From: Octopus vulgaris
Taxonomy: Eukaryota
Assembly: GCA_951406725.2 (NCBI GenBank)
Contig: OX597814.1
Coordinates: forward strand, 80,600,001 to 80,664,000
DNA length: 64,000 bases
Direction: 5' to 3'
This document shows, piece by piece, positions 12,090-24,175 of this stretch; within the stretch, counting starts at the first letter, position 1; the number at the start of each line of letters is the position of its first letter. Made by a program: the position numbers and the translations under genes. The notes under the pieces are model-generated. The model had not been told where the DNA came from and did no database searches. It was given only the letters and a program-made list of their open reading frames with translations.

Positions 12090-13231
12090 TGAGGTCTGAT
12101 CAATAAGTATCCGGACTGTTGCTATAGTAATGAAACTAAAGCACATAGAGTAAAGCTGCTTGGCAAAGATTGATCTTGAACTCTGTTGTGCATGTGCACA
12201 AAGTTTTAACGTTCTACCTCACTTCCGCTGTTTACAGTAGCACTTAGAAGGAATTTGTGATCGTTGCATTGACCATGACAGAGTAAGTTGTCATGGTGAT
12301 ACTTGCTCAGAGACTTATGCAAAGTTGTAGATAATGTATGGAGAGGAGCGTATGAGCTGCACACAAGTGTATGAGTGGTTCAGACGTTTCCAAGATAGCT
12401 GAAAAATGTCGATATAGACAACTGTTCTGGGAGACCCACAACTAGCAGAACTGAGAAAAACATCGCTGATGTGTGTACAGCTGTGAGGGGAAATCATCAA
12501 ATCACCATCTGTAAGCTGTCAGAGAATATGAAGATTAGTTATGGTTCTGTTCAGTCCATTATCACAGAAGATTTGGGTATGAGATGCATGTCTGTCAAGT
12601 TTGTGCCAAAACTGCTTTCAGCTGACCAAAAAAGACACTCGAGTTTCAGTTGCACAAAACTCCTTGATTGTGTCAAGAACAATGAAAACTTTTTGAAAAC
12701 TTTGCATAGACCTCCAAGCAGGTATCATCAAACTTTTGGCAAAATTTGATCCAAATTTTCTGCCCAATTTTCTGTTATAGTCAATGTGATGATCACACGC
12801 TACACACCTTTCTTTCAAACACTGCTGTAAACAGCGGATATGAGGTAGAATACTAAAACTTGATATGCATGCACAACAGAGTTCAAGGTGAATCTGTGCC
12901 AAGCAACTTTAATCTGTGTACTTTAGTGTTGTTACTACTGCAACAATCCAGATACTTATTGTTTCTTATTTCTTTATTGCCCACAAGGGGCTAAACATAG
13001 AGGGGTCAAACAAGGACAGACAAAGGAATTAAGTCGATTACATCGGCTCCAATGCATAACTAGCACTTAATTTATCTACCCCGAAAGGATGAAAGGCAAA
13101 GTCAACCTCGGCGGAATTTGAACTCAGAATGTAGTAGTAGATGAAATACCGCTAAGCATTTTGCTCAGTGTGCTAACGTTTCTACCAGCTCGCCGCCAGC
13201 AACAATCCAGATACTCATTGATCAGACCACA
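12090..13231 (+). mobile_element. Internally deleted mariner element, right TIR interrupted by a SINE
   Basis: TIRs tgaggtctgatcaataagtatccgga / tccagatactcattgatcagaccaca with TA flanks; HTH remnant QVYEWFRRF..GRPTTS..LGMRCMSVKFVPKLLS. Confidence 0.85.
12962..13198 (-). mobile_element. Full-length tRNA-derived SINE (Meta-domain-like) with 22-bp TSD
   Basis: Head ggcggcgagctggtagaaacgttagc, B box gagttcaaattcc, gactttgcctttcatcctttcgggg; TSD gcaacaatccagatactYattg at 12940-12961 and 13199-13220. Confidence 0.85.
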
Positions 13232-13889
13232 TATACATACACACATGCACATGCACGCACACACACACACATACACACACACATATGAATTAGAAGCAAA
13301 TTACTCTAAAATCACACTTGTGAGTCTTAAAATAAAGAACTTATCAAATAATGTAATCCTGAATATGATACAGGATGATCAATTGATGGAAGAGTCAAAG
13401 TCTGCTGGATCAGAGCTGACCAGATACTTAGTAACAATTATTGAATTAGTCATTGAGTGTTTCTATCATTTTATGTGTGTTTTCAGTATCTGAATCCCTT
13501 CATTCAAATAATGATGCACAAGCAGAGACAAATAGCCTGTCTTGTTCAAGATTTACCTATGTTTATTTATCTTGTCACACACCTTGACAACCTCATTTAC
13601 TTTATAAATCTGCTAGTAATATACATCATTGTCTGTGCACAATATCATTATTTGTTCCTACATTAAAACACTGACCAGCTAGGAATAGTAGTCACAATTC
13701 CCTCATATCATGATCTATCATATTAAAAAGCATGTTGCAGTACCCTAACTTCAAACATGAGAACAGAATTCCCCTGTGGCACATTGATAGTTGTAGAGGG
13801 CATGTGAATTAATTAGGATCAGGTAAGTTTATTTTTTTCATGAAGAATAAGCATAGTGTTTAAGATGTAAATTTAGCCACATCCTTCAG

Positions 13890-15066
13890 ACTTGGAAAAA
13901 GAAAGAGACAAAGACATTGAAGGAAGGATGGAAAATGTTGAAAGAAAGAATTAGAAAGTGAAGAAAAGAAACTGAAAAAGAAGGAAAACGATAACAGAAA
14001 GAAAACAACAAAAAAAAAAGAAAGTGAAGAAAAAAAAGAAAAATATGTAACTGATGAAATCAATGAAAGACAAAAGAAAAGTAAGGAAGGAAGGAAAGAA
14101 GAAAAGAATAAAAACTAAAGAAAAAAGAAAGGAATGAAACAAAGAAGAAAGGAGTAAGGAAAAACAAAATAAAAAGGAAGGAAGGTAAAAAAAGAAAAAG
14201 TTAAGAAAGAAAAGAAGAAAAGATAAAGTAAGAGAGAAAGTGATTGGAGAAAGAGCAGTTGTAAAGAAAACTTGAAAGGTTATAGATCCTAATAGACATT
14301 TGTTATGTGATCAGACAAAAGGTTTACTCCATATAATATTATCTTCCATTTTGTGTTAGGGAGCAACTTATTATAAAACTGGTCAACAATTCACCAATAC
14401 TGCTGCACCTCTGTCATAGATTGGTCTAGTGGTTGGTGTATAAAGTGAAAGTAGAAAGATAATATATAGGGGGGTATGGGGTGGGGGAGAGGTGATTGGT
14501 GTGGTAGTAGAAATGGTCATAGTGGTTATTGTGGTTATAGAGGTGGTTGTATTGGCTATGATGGAGTAGTTGTGGTGATCATGGAAGTGGGGAGGGTCGT
14601 GGTGATGAAATTGGTTGTGGAGGCAGGGATTGTTGTGGAGGTTGTAGTTGTACTTACCTTCCTTCTTTTATTCCTGCTTTTCTTCCTTCCTTTCTTCCTT
14701 CCTTTCTTCCTGCCTGCCTTCTTTCCTTCATTCTTTCTTTTCTTTTCTTTTGTGGTGGTGGTGGTGGTAGTGGAAGTGATTGTGGTGGTGGTGGTGATTG
14801 TGCTGGTGGTAGTGGCAGTTGTGGTGATTGTAGAGGTGGTAGTTTTGAAGGTTCTTTTTGTTGTTGCTGTTGTAGCATAGGTGGTTGTGGTGGGTCATGG
14901 TAGCAACAGTTGAGGGGGTGATGGTGGTGGGCATAGTGTTAATTTAAGTGTATTGATAGTAGTAGATTGTGGATGTATGGGTGGTGGTGGTGGTGGTGGT
15001 GACAGAAATGTGGAGGTGCCATTAGTAGTAGTAGTAGTAGCAGCAGCAGCAGCAGTAGTTGTAGTT

Positions 15067-15103
<37 letters not shown>

Positions 15104-15126
15104 CAGCAGCAGTAGTAGTTGTAGCT

Positions 15127-15163
<37 letters not shown>

Positions 15164-15715
15164 CAGTAATAGTAGTAGTAGTTGAAGCAATAGCAGCAAT
15201 AGGAGTAACAGTTGAGGTGGTGGTTAATGGTGGGGTGATGATGGTAGTGGTGATGGTGCTCAAAGGATCATTATTGTTGTTGTTGTATTGCTGGTTGTAT
15301 GGAGAGGTATAGGTCTATTAGGGTGGGGTTGGACAGATGCCATAGCTCATTATCAAGATGATGATGAGAAGGGGGATGAGGATAATGATAATGATGATGA
15401 TGATGATGATGATACTGACAGTGTTGAAGAAAATTGAGGCAATAGTTTGGGAGTTGATGATAATGATGATAGTGAGGAGGAGGAGGAGGAGGAGGAGGAG
15501 GCGGAAGAGGACAATGGCAACAATGATGCAATGGCGGTGACGGCGGCAGTGGCGGTGGCAATGGCGGTGGCAGTGGCAGTGGTGGTGGCGAAGGCGGTGT
15601 CGGTGGTGGTGGTGGTAGTGATGGTGGTGGTAGTGATGGTGGTGGTGGTGGCGGTGGTGGTGTCGGTAGCGTTGGTGGTAGTGGTGGTGGTAGTGATGGT
15701 CATGACGGTGGTTTC
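13890..15715. repeat. Low-complexity block: AG-rich, (GGT)n, (TAG)n, (GAT)n, (GAG)n
   Basis: Direct inspection. Confidence 0.85.
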
Positions 15716-16139
15716 TAATTTGAATCTTTCTCCTCTTTTACCTTCTCCTTCCCCTCATCATTGCTGACACCATGGTTACCTAGTAGAGTCTGAAAATAAT
15801 GTCTGCAATTTCCTCTGCAATCAATTATTATGGTATCTGGGAGCACTTACTCTTCTTATTTCTATTTTTATTTTTAATTTTTGTCTTATTTTGTTTCCCT
15901 CACCTTCAACATTATATCAACATCGCTCAAATCATCACTCCCACCTCCGATTTACCATTTATACAACACCACTTCAACTTCTCTAACACCAGCTCTCAAA
16001 ATCTCCACTTCACCACTTCATCAGCATGGTATCTCACATCTTCCACTTCCCCCTCACATGCACATATATATATATGTGCATGTGTGTGTATGTGTGTATA
16101 TGTATGTGTATATATATACATCTATATATATGTATGTGT

Positions 16140-16400
16140 CATCATTATCATCATCATTTAACATCTGCTTTCCATGCTGGCATGGGTTGGACGATTTGAT
16201 TGAGGACTGGCGAACCAGATGGCTCCACCAGGCTCCAATCTGATCTAGCAGAGTTTCTACAGCTGGATGCCCTTCCTAATGCTAATCACTCCAAGAGTGT
16301 AGTGGATGCTTTTATGTGCCACCAGCATGGAGGCCAGTCAGGCGGTACTGGCAATGGCCATGTTCAAATGGTGTTTTTTACATGCTACCTGCACAGGTGT
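16140..16400 (-). mobile_element. RTE 3' tail fragment
   Basis: catcatcatttaacatctgctttccatgctggcatgggttggacg... Confidence 0.8.
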
Positions 16401-16796
16401 CTTTTGACTAATAAGGATAAGTTAAGAGCTGGCATGTGAAGTGAAAGCCTTAAGGTGCAAATATAGATGAAAGTCAGGAGACAGGAAAATAAAGTGTTGT
16501 ACATGTGGCGGTCAGGCCAAGAAAGATGATGCTTGGCCAAACGCCAATCATGTGGAAGGAAAAGAGAGAGGTTGGGGCAGAAGGATCGAAGAATTAGGGA
16601 AAGAACTAGAGAGAGAGACAGACAGGCAGATAGACAGGGAGAAAGGGAGAGAGGGAAATGTACAAGGGAGATAATGAAGGAAAGTAGAGAGGTTAAAAAA
16701 AGAAAATGCCAAGAAATATGAGAGAGGGGGAACGAGAAAAAGAAAGGTGGAAAGAAAGAAGAAAGTTTAAGGGGGGCTAAAAGAAAGTATAAGGGG

Positions 16797-17020
16797 GACT
16801 TCAGCATTCAGATTATTCTGTCAAATGTAATATGTATTTATTCAAATTGTTTTGAATTAATCAGGCATTATCTCATAGTTTTGAGATTTCGATAATGTGA
16901 TTATTTATTTTTAGAATTACATTGTAGAATAGGTGTGAGAGGCCAGATCTAGTCAGTTTCATTATAAAACCAGTAGAATATTTGGGTTGGATATGGTCAG
17001 CTTCCATGCTAAAGGGTTAA
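16797..17020. mobile_element. piggyBac-type MITE
   Basis: Right end atgctaaaggg-TTAA; decayed left end ctttcagcat. Confidence 0.55.
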
Positions 17021-17466
17021 AATAAGTAATATCAAATGAATCAATACTGAAACAGAAAATCTAAATAGGTGGTGCCAAAGTGACTGCTAAAATGTCTCAT
17101 ACTCCACAGGGAATATTGTATTTCTAACACCACTTGATGAAATAAATTTGTCACAGAAACAAATGTTTTGTTATGAAAGAAACTGTGAGTCTGTAGAACA
17201 CATATTTTATTTGTGTTGTTGATTTTGAGATTTCTGTTTTAACAGTTTTATGTCTTTACCTTAGATCTACTTTAAATATATATTTATGGTTTAAATATAT
17301 TTATGGTTTATAATTATTGCATAAACACTTCCAGTGAGTGAGTTACACTTTGCTTAGATGAGATGAGATTCATTATATTTGTGTGTGTGTAAGTATAGTA
17401 TGCAGGGTATGACTATTCCAAAGAAACGAGAGAACTCAATAGATTTAAAGCTTAAAAATTTTATTG

Positions 17467-18128
17467 GAATCTTTACCTTTTGACTGACAGATTTAAAAAA
17501 TAATGTTAAAGTTGTCCTCTTTCGGTAATTTCAACCAATCAATGACATGTATTCAGCTGAACAAAATTACTGCTGTTGTTTGTCAACGAGAATTTCCAGC
17601 AGTGTATATTTCATTTGTCACTGTTATTTCTGACAATCCTAACCCTAACCCTAAAACCTTTACCCTAGCCCTAACCCTAAAACCCTAACCCTAAAACCCT
17701 AACCCTAAAACCCTAGCCCTAAAACCTTTACCCTAGCCCTAACCCTAAAACCCTAACCCTAACACCCTAACCCTAAAACCCTAACCCTAAAACCTAAAAC
17801 TCTAACCCTAAAACCTTAAAGCCAAAACCAGTACAAACACACGAACGATGTCATAAATAACAGTGACAAACGAAATATACACTGCCAATAGTTGTTGTTG
17901 ACAAACAACGGCAGTAATTTTATTCAGCTGAATACACGTCATTGATTGGTTAAAATTACCAAAATAGGACAACTTTAACATGAAATAACTTTGTAAATAT
18001 AAGTTTTTCTCAAAAATGCAAAGAGTAAAAGATGTTTTATATGACACATTCTACCAATGTCCGAAGTTTGAAGGTGTTTAGTAACAAAAAATTATTTTTT
18101 AAATCTGTCACTCAAAAAGTAAAGATCC
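17467..18128. mobile_element. Foldback DNA element (Merlin/MULE-like) with central telomere-like repeats
   Basis: Outer TIR atctttaccttttgactgacagatttaaaaaataat, inner ~140-bp IR, 8-bp TSD TTTTATTG (17459-17466, 18129-18136), CCCTAA/CCCTAAAA array at 17638-17820. Confidence 0.85.
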
Positions 18129-18194
18129 TTTTATTGTGAGTACTGGAAATTTCAATCTCTCAATCTAACAACTAGTTTCAGTATAGAATACAAG

Positions 18195-18231
<37 letters not shown>

Positions 18232-18335
18232 AAATGTCAAAATGCCATCACCATGACTGCTGCTCAATGCTCTGTCAACATTGTACAGGCTGTAAGGGCT
18301 GACATGAACATCATGAAAACCAAGTTCCCCTAAAA

Positions 18336-18665
18336 CATAGGTTCTCAAAGTGGGCAATACCAGTCCCCTGGTGGGCATTGAGATGGTCCTGTTGGGTGCT
18401 GGGGCCTAAAGGGGTGGGGGGCAGTAGAGAAAAAGGAGGCGTTGGGAGGAAGGCAGTGGACTGGGGGACACTATGAACTTATTATAGTATTATAATAGTA
18501 TTGTATACAAATTATATAATATTATATTAAATATCAAATGATTCACAGTATATATAATTAGTAAAATATAAAATATTTATTTATACATAAAAACAAGGGT
18601 GGGGGCGCTAAGGGTATTATACGGCCATAAGGGGAGTGGTGGTCCAAAAAGTTTGAGAACCTCTG
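18336..18665. mobile_element. hAT (Charlie-like) MITE
   Basis: TIRs CATAGGTTCTCAAA / TTTGAGAACCTCTG; 8-bp TSD ccctaaaa/ccctaaac. Confidence 0.85.
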
Positions 18666-18689
18666 CCCTAAACTGTGGTCTTTGGGTGT

Positions 18690-19185
18690 ATTTTTAGTGA
18701 GGGTGACATCAAACCAACCCACATCTTTGAATAGGGCCTCATGCTCTATTCAGATAGCTATGTGAAACTGCTAGAGACTGTAGAGACTGTAGTCTCCCTA
18801 ACTGGAAAGGGTTTCTGCTGGTAGACCATATGTTTGGCAGCAGAATTTGGCTCCTTGCTAAACCTCTGGAAAGAGTCAGAAGTGATTGTCAGAGTTTTCC
18901 TATGACTTCACTAGCCCCAATTTCTGTCCTCCTAATTCCATCTATTGTAACCCCATGGATTATTATGAGTGGGGCACAGTTGAGAAAGATACCAGCTGTT
19001 CTGCCTGCAACACCAAGGTCAATCTGATTGTGAAGATCAAGGAAGTGTTCAAAACTTTTACCAGGGACATAGTGAGGAATGCATGATCCAGGTTCCAGGG
19101 CCATCTTCAGGCCATGATGGAAGCAGAGGGCATCTGTTTTGAGTAACTGTTACCTTCCAGCCATAATCTAATTGATTTAAAATTT
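18690..19185 (+). pseudogene. Tc1/mariner (maT/DD37D-like) transposase 3' relic
   Basis: YVWQQNLAPC..FCPPNSIYCNPMDYYEWG resembles WQQDSAP..WPPNSPDxNPxDY. Confidence 0.75.
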
Positions 19186-19189
19186 ATAA

Positions 19190-21841
19190 GTGCTTACCTG
19201 ATGGAGATAATTTTCTTGAGAGCAGCTTCTCTCACTTCCAAGTCATCAGACTTCATCATCGAATATAGCACATTCTCAGGCAACAAGGCATTGTACTTCA
19301 GGTTCTTGAAAGCAACATCTTGGATTTCTTGAGACTGCTGCTTGATCCTCTTTATCATGTTGAAGATGTACAGCTTCTGATTGTGGAACTTGCTGTCCCT
19401 TTTGATCTCAAACTAACTGACTATATACACTTCCACAATGAACTTGATGGCTAAGTAAAGTTTATCATGCAGTTCTGGGGGGTAATCACCTCTGGTCCAC
19501 AAACACATCAATCTAATTGCCAAAATCAACCATCTCGCATGGTTTAATGGTCCAGTTTTCCAGGCAGCAAACCTTGGGTTGACATTACCCATGGAAATTC
19601 CTAAAACATACTCTAAAATAAACCTCTGATCACTACTAAGATCATTCAGTGTCACCTCATCAAATTCCATGTAATTAAGGGGGGCCACTGAGTTTGGTGA
19701 ATTCCACTTGCAGCTGATCTTGGTAATCAATATCACGGATTTTTCCCGGTGGACCACTGAAAGTTGTGGAAGATTTGGTACTGCCATCAAGATGTTTAAA
19801 ATCAGCTCTAAAAGGAAATTCATTCTGATGAAGTGAACAGCCAATGGTGTGCAATTTCTGCTGAATTTTATTTTCTAAACATGCCAGTACCACCAGACTG
19901 GCCCTCGTGCCGGTAGCATGTAAAAGCACCCTCTACACTCTCGGAGTGGTTGGCATTAGGAAGGGCATCCAGCTGTAGAAACTCTACCAGATCAGCCATC
20001 TGGTTCGCCAGTCCTCAGTCAAATCGTCCAACCCATGCTAGCATGGAAAGCAGACGTTAAATGATGATGATGATGATGTTACAAGGCCTCCCTCCCAGCC
20101 AGTGTTTATGTTTGTGTTGTCCAGGAAGACAACTTTCATGGTATGAACACTGTTAAACTCTTTCAAGGCACTAACAACTTCACCACCATGTAGAACACCG
20201 GTCACACCTTTAATTGGGATAACTCTATGAGTAAGACACATTCTACTTTCAGTTCCTAGCTCCTTTGTGAAACTTAAATGATGCTTCGTCTCTTCATTTT
20301 CATCCTTGACTTCTCAGTACACCAAAGTTTCATTGTTAACTTTCCCATCAACACCAATCCAGACTAACATTTTCAGCCTCTCTGTTCTTTTCATTGCTTT
20401 TCACTTTCATTCTGTCTTTTTCTCTGTCCAATTTTGGTTTACCAACTATTATTTGTTTCACATCAAGACCAGGCTTAAACAGGTCCATAGCTTGTAAGTC
20501 AAGGAGGAGGGTATTAGCAAGACTTGCCCCAAGACTGAAACAACATCATCCCTGATTAATTCCATGGCATATCTGGGGCTTTTCAAAAAGCTGTAAGCTC
20601 CTGAGCTGGATCCCAAGGAAATATCTTGTAAGGATGTTGAGGAAAGTGTGGCCAAATCCACTTCCTGCTGCTGTTGAATCTGTCTCTGTAATCTTTCTGC
20701 CTTAGCTACAACTCTCTGGTTTCTTCTCTTCACAACAGCCTTATCCACAGATAAGAGCCCTTATCTGGAAAGAGCCCTTGGGTTCTATTTTGGCCCTTTG
20801 ATCTCTTAAGTATTCCCTCTCCTCCACTGGAACCTGAAATATTAAAGTATATTGAATAGCAAATTTAAAATAAGAGATAAAAATCACGAAAAAATTTATG
20901 ATTAATTTTTATAGCAGAGGGGAAAAGTAGATTACAGGAGGAAAATGCACATATTTTCCAATTACATCCATGGGGTTTTCTTCTGTTTAAAAGGCAACTA
21001 ATTGAGCTAAGTAAGATTAGTTAATAGTTAGACAGATAGCTTTACCTTCTTACTGGTAGGACACATGCAGATTATGTGCTGAACTTGACAATTTTCTTTC
21101 TTGCCCTTCACAGCATCGTCATCACAAGGATAAACAGGTAGCTTATAGGTGCAAGCAGAAATGTCAAACATTTTATCCAGCTTTTCCTGCTTTTGACTGT
21201 GGAAAGATATTTGTGGTTTATCTCCTTTGCTTTCTTGAAGCATACTTTATCAACCAATTTCATTACATAACATTCCTCATACAGGGGCAGCCATGGGTTC
21301 AGTGTCTGCCAGATCCCAATTGCATCCTTTGCTATTATTTTAGCAATATAATAGTCTTTCAAGTCTGGGTGGCTGTTTTGGAGGAACTAACTGAATAACT
21401 TGGCAGAAGGGAGGAGACTCTGTTTTGTCTAAAGGGGAAGGCTGACCACCGAATTTTTTAACAATATCATTTCGCGTTAATACTGCAGATTTCCTTTTTC
21501 TACCCATTTTTATGAAATATCTGAAAATAATTCAATTTAATAAGCATTTCATAGGCAAATATCATTAGAGAGTACAAAATAATAGATCAATAAACATCTA
21601 TAAAGCATTTAAACAAGTTCCAAGCATTGTTTTGCTGAAAACGATAAATTTTAATTGGTTAGGTGCAATATTTGGATTTTTATGTATAAAATTATACAAT
21701 TTTACAACTTAAAAATAACTGAGAATCTTTAGAACATACAATAATTTCCATAAATAAGAGTTAATGCAACATTTTCAAATACATCAATACCTTTCTATCT
21801 AGACTAGTCCAAGATTACAGTTCCAAAATCGACTTACCCTA
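19190..21841 (-). mobile_element. hATm-type DNA transposon relic with a spliced transposase gene (3' end missing)
   Basis: Terminus TAGGGTAAGTC; ATG at 21507; motifs LDKMFDI, DNTNINTG, CSLHQNEFPFR..LDG, DLSSDQ, GPLNHARWL; GT-AG intron 20834-21045; second donor at 19197. Confidence 0.8.
19884..20078 (+). mobile_element. Short RTE 3' insertion inside the hATm transposase
   Basis: RTE tail ending (GAT)n; removing it restores GGLVT-CLENK. Confidence 0.85.
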
Positions 21842-21972
21842 ATATATTTATATATAGGTTTATATATGTGTGTGCATGTGTGTGTGTGTGTGTGTCTGTG
21901 TGTGTGTGCATGTGTGTGAGAGTGAGTGTGCATATGTATATGTGTCAATCTATATCTATCCATCTATCTATC

Positions 21973-22044
<72 letters not shown>

Positions 22045-22067
22045 ATATATATATATATATATATATA

Positions 22068-22105
<38 letters not shown>

Positions 22106-22273
22106 AAGAAAGAAAAATATGTAAAAACACACAGGAAGTTTGAATAGTAAAATTTATGCTATTAATGAAACAAAGAGTTGTATTACAACATTATATAATA
22201 AACTGGGAGTACCAGTTTCATGTCTTTCACTTATCAAACTTCGAAGATCTTAGATTTCAGCCACAAAATATAA

Positions 22274-22416
22274 AATATTAATTAGCAGGAGATGAATTCA
22301 GTATTAAATTATGTCTCTTTATTGATGTACTTGATGAGACCCAAACTGATGGGTCGAAGCATATGTTGTACCCAATAAATATTTAATACTGAATCCATCT
22401 CCTGTTAATTAATATT
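22274..22416 (+). ncRNA. Hammerhead-like motif (22327-22371) enclosed by 36-bp inverted repeats
   Basis: GTAC TTGATGA GACCC-aaactgat-GGGTC GAAG CATATG TT GTAC. Confidence 0.6.
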
Positions 22417-23068
22417 ATTACCTTAACTGCCTCTGCAGAGTTCCTGAAGTAGATCCAACATGACTGTGGATGACAACAGGTAGCCTAAACTGTGCCAGTG
22501 CTCTACTCAATATTTAAGGATTCTAATTGACTTATACTTATTTGTCCAAATTATTTATTATTATTATAGTATATAGATGTGTGTGTGTACATATGTATGT
22601 GCATGATGTAGTGGAACATTGTTGGTATTATATCATGACATATTTTTAGACTTTATTAGTAGACAATGGTGTAAGAATATAAGCCATAAGTTAGTGTTAT
22701 AATATCTGTGTGTCTATGTGAGTGTGAATTAAGGGACTATTATATTTCTCTTCTGCAATTTTATTGTTTCTGGTTCAACACACAATCCCTGATCAAGTCA
22801 CTTGCCAAACAAGTATAAATCTGAAATTTTATTTGACTGCCAACTGATTATAGAAGAGCATAAATACAAATGAGGCAATGAAGAGGCGATGCTGTTAGAC
22901 TAAGCTGTCTTCCAGAACATTGCTGCTATGAAAGAAAGATGAGAAATAGAACTTGAATGGGAGAGAGTTATACAAAGAAGTAGCACATTTATAACAGAGC
23001 ATAGGTATTGAACAGAAAAACTATAAGCCAAAATTAAATGACATGTATACACACACACACACACACAT

Positions 23069-23100
<32 letters not shown>

Positions 23101-23149
23101 CAACTAAATGGTGCACACATGCACACACACACATATACCAAATATGTAT

Positions 23150-24012
23150 GTATAGCTGCTAGAATAAGAATAGCCTGGGCAAAGTTCAGAGAGCTCTTAC
23201 TTCTGCTGGTGACAAGGGGCCTCTCGCTCAGAGTAAAAGGCAGACTGTATGACATATGTGTATGAACAGCGAGGCAATGACTAGTGACTGAGACCTTTGG
23301 AAATATGCTGTGAGAAAACCCGGCAAGACAAGTGAGCCCATAACCTGTGGCCTTTACCAGGGGTGTAGCCAGCCCACTTATACATACCTTTCCTTCTTTG
23401 GACACAAAACTCTGCTTGCGAAGACCTATTGAGGCAAGTGAAATTGAAATTGAAATAGAATTCGAAATCGAATCAAATTCGATGACTAGCACCCATGCCA
23501 ACTTTCTTTCATTAGACACTAAACTCTGCTTGCAAAGACCTGTTGGGGCAAGTGAAATCGAAATTGAACCAATTTCGATAACTGGCACTTGTGCCAGTGG
23601 GGCACTAACAGCTCCATCCGAGCGGGATCACTGCCAGAGCAACTGTCTGGCTTCCATGCCGGTGGCACATAAAAAGCACCATTTGTGCGTGATCGTTATC
23701 AGTGTCGCCTTACCAGCACATGGACAGAATATCCGAGCAAGGTCGTTGCCATTGCCAATGAACTGACTCCTGTGTAGGTGGCACGTAAAAAACACCGTTT
23801 GAGCGTGGCTGTTGCCAGTATCATCAGACTGGACCTCATGCCAGTGGCATGTAAAAGCACCCACTGCATTCTCAGAGTGGTTGACATAGGAAGGGCATCC
23901 AGGTGTAGAAACTCTGCCTGATCATATTGGAGCCTGGTGCAGCCATCTGGTTCACCAGTCCTCAGTCAAATCGTCCAACCCATGCTAGCATGGAAAGCAG
24001 ACATTAAATGAT

Positions 24013-24047
<35 letters not shown>
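23150..24047 (+). mobile_element. RTE 3' fragment with internal deletion and long 3' UTR
   Basis: ARIRIAWAKFRELL..KGRLYD, then the 3' UTR and (GAT)n tail. Confidence 0.85.
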
Positions 24048-24108
24048 ATGTATATGTGTGTATGTAAGCATATATATTTATTGTTCTTATATAAGAATAT
24101 TATCTAAA

Positions 24109-24151
24109 CAGTGACTTCAACGTTTCGGCCAGATAAGCCACCATCATACTG
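24109..24151 (-). ncRNA. Decayed minimal type I hammerhead (PLE pLTR remnant)
   Basis: CAGT ATGATGG tGGC-ttatctg-GCC GAAAC gttgaa GTC ACTG. Confidence 0.55.
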
Positions 24152-24175
24152 AACTGAACATAAAAACAAATGTTA

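Noticed and set aside
14051-14072. CTGATGA...GAAA
   Set aside because: Within AG-rich low-complexity sequence; no stems
14476-15767. Poly-Val/Thr/Pro/His ORFs
   Set aside because: Translations of trinucleotide repeats, open in several frames and on both strands
17638-17820. True telomere or chromosome fusion site
   Set aside because: Internal to a TSD-flanked TIR element and single-orientation
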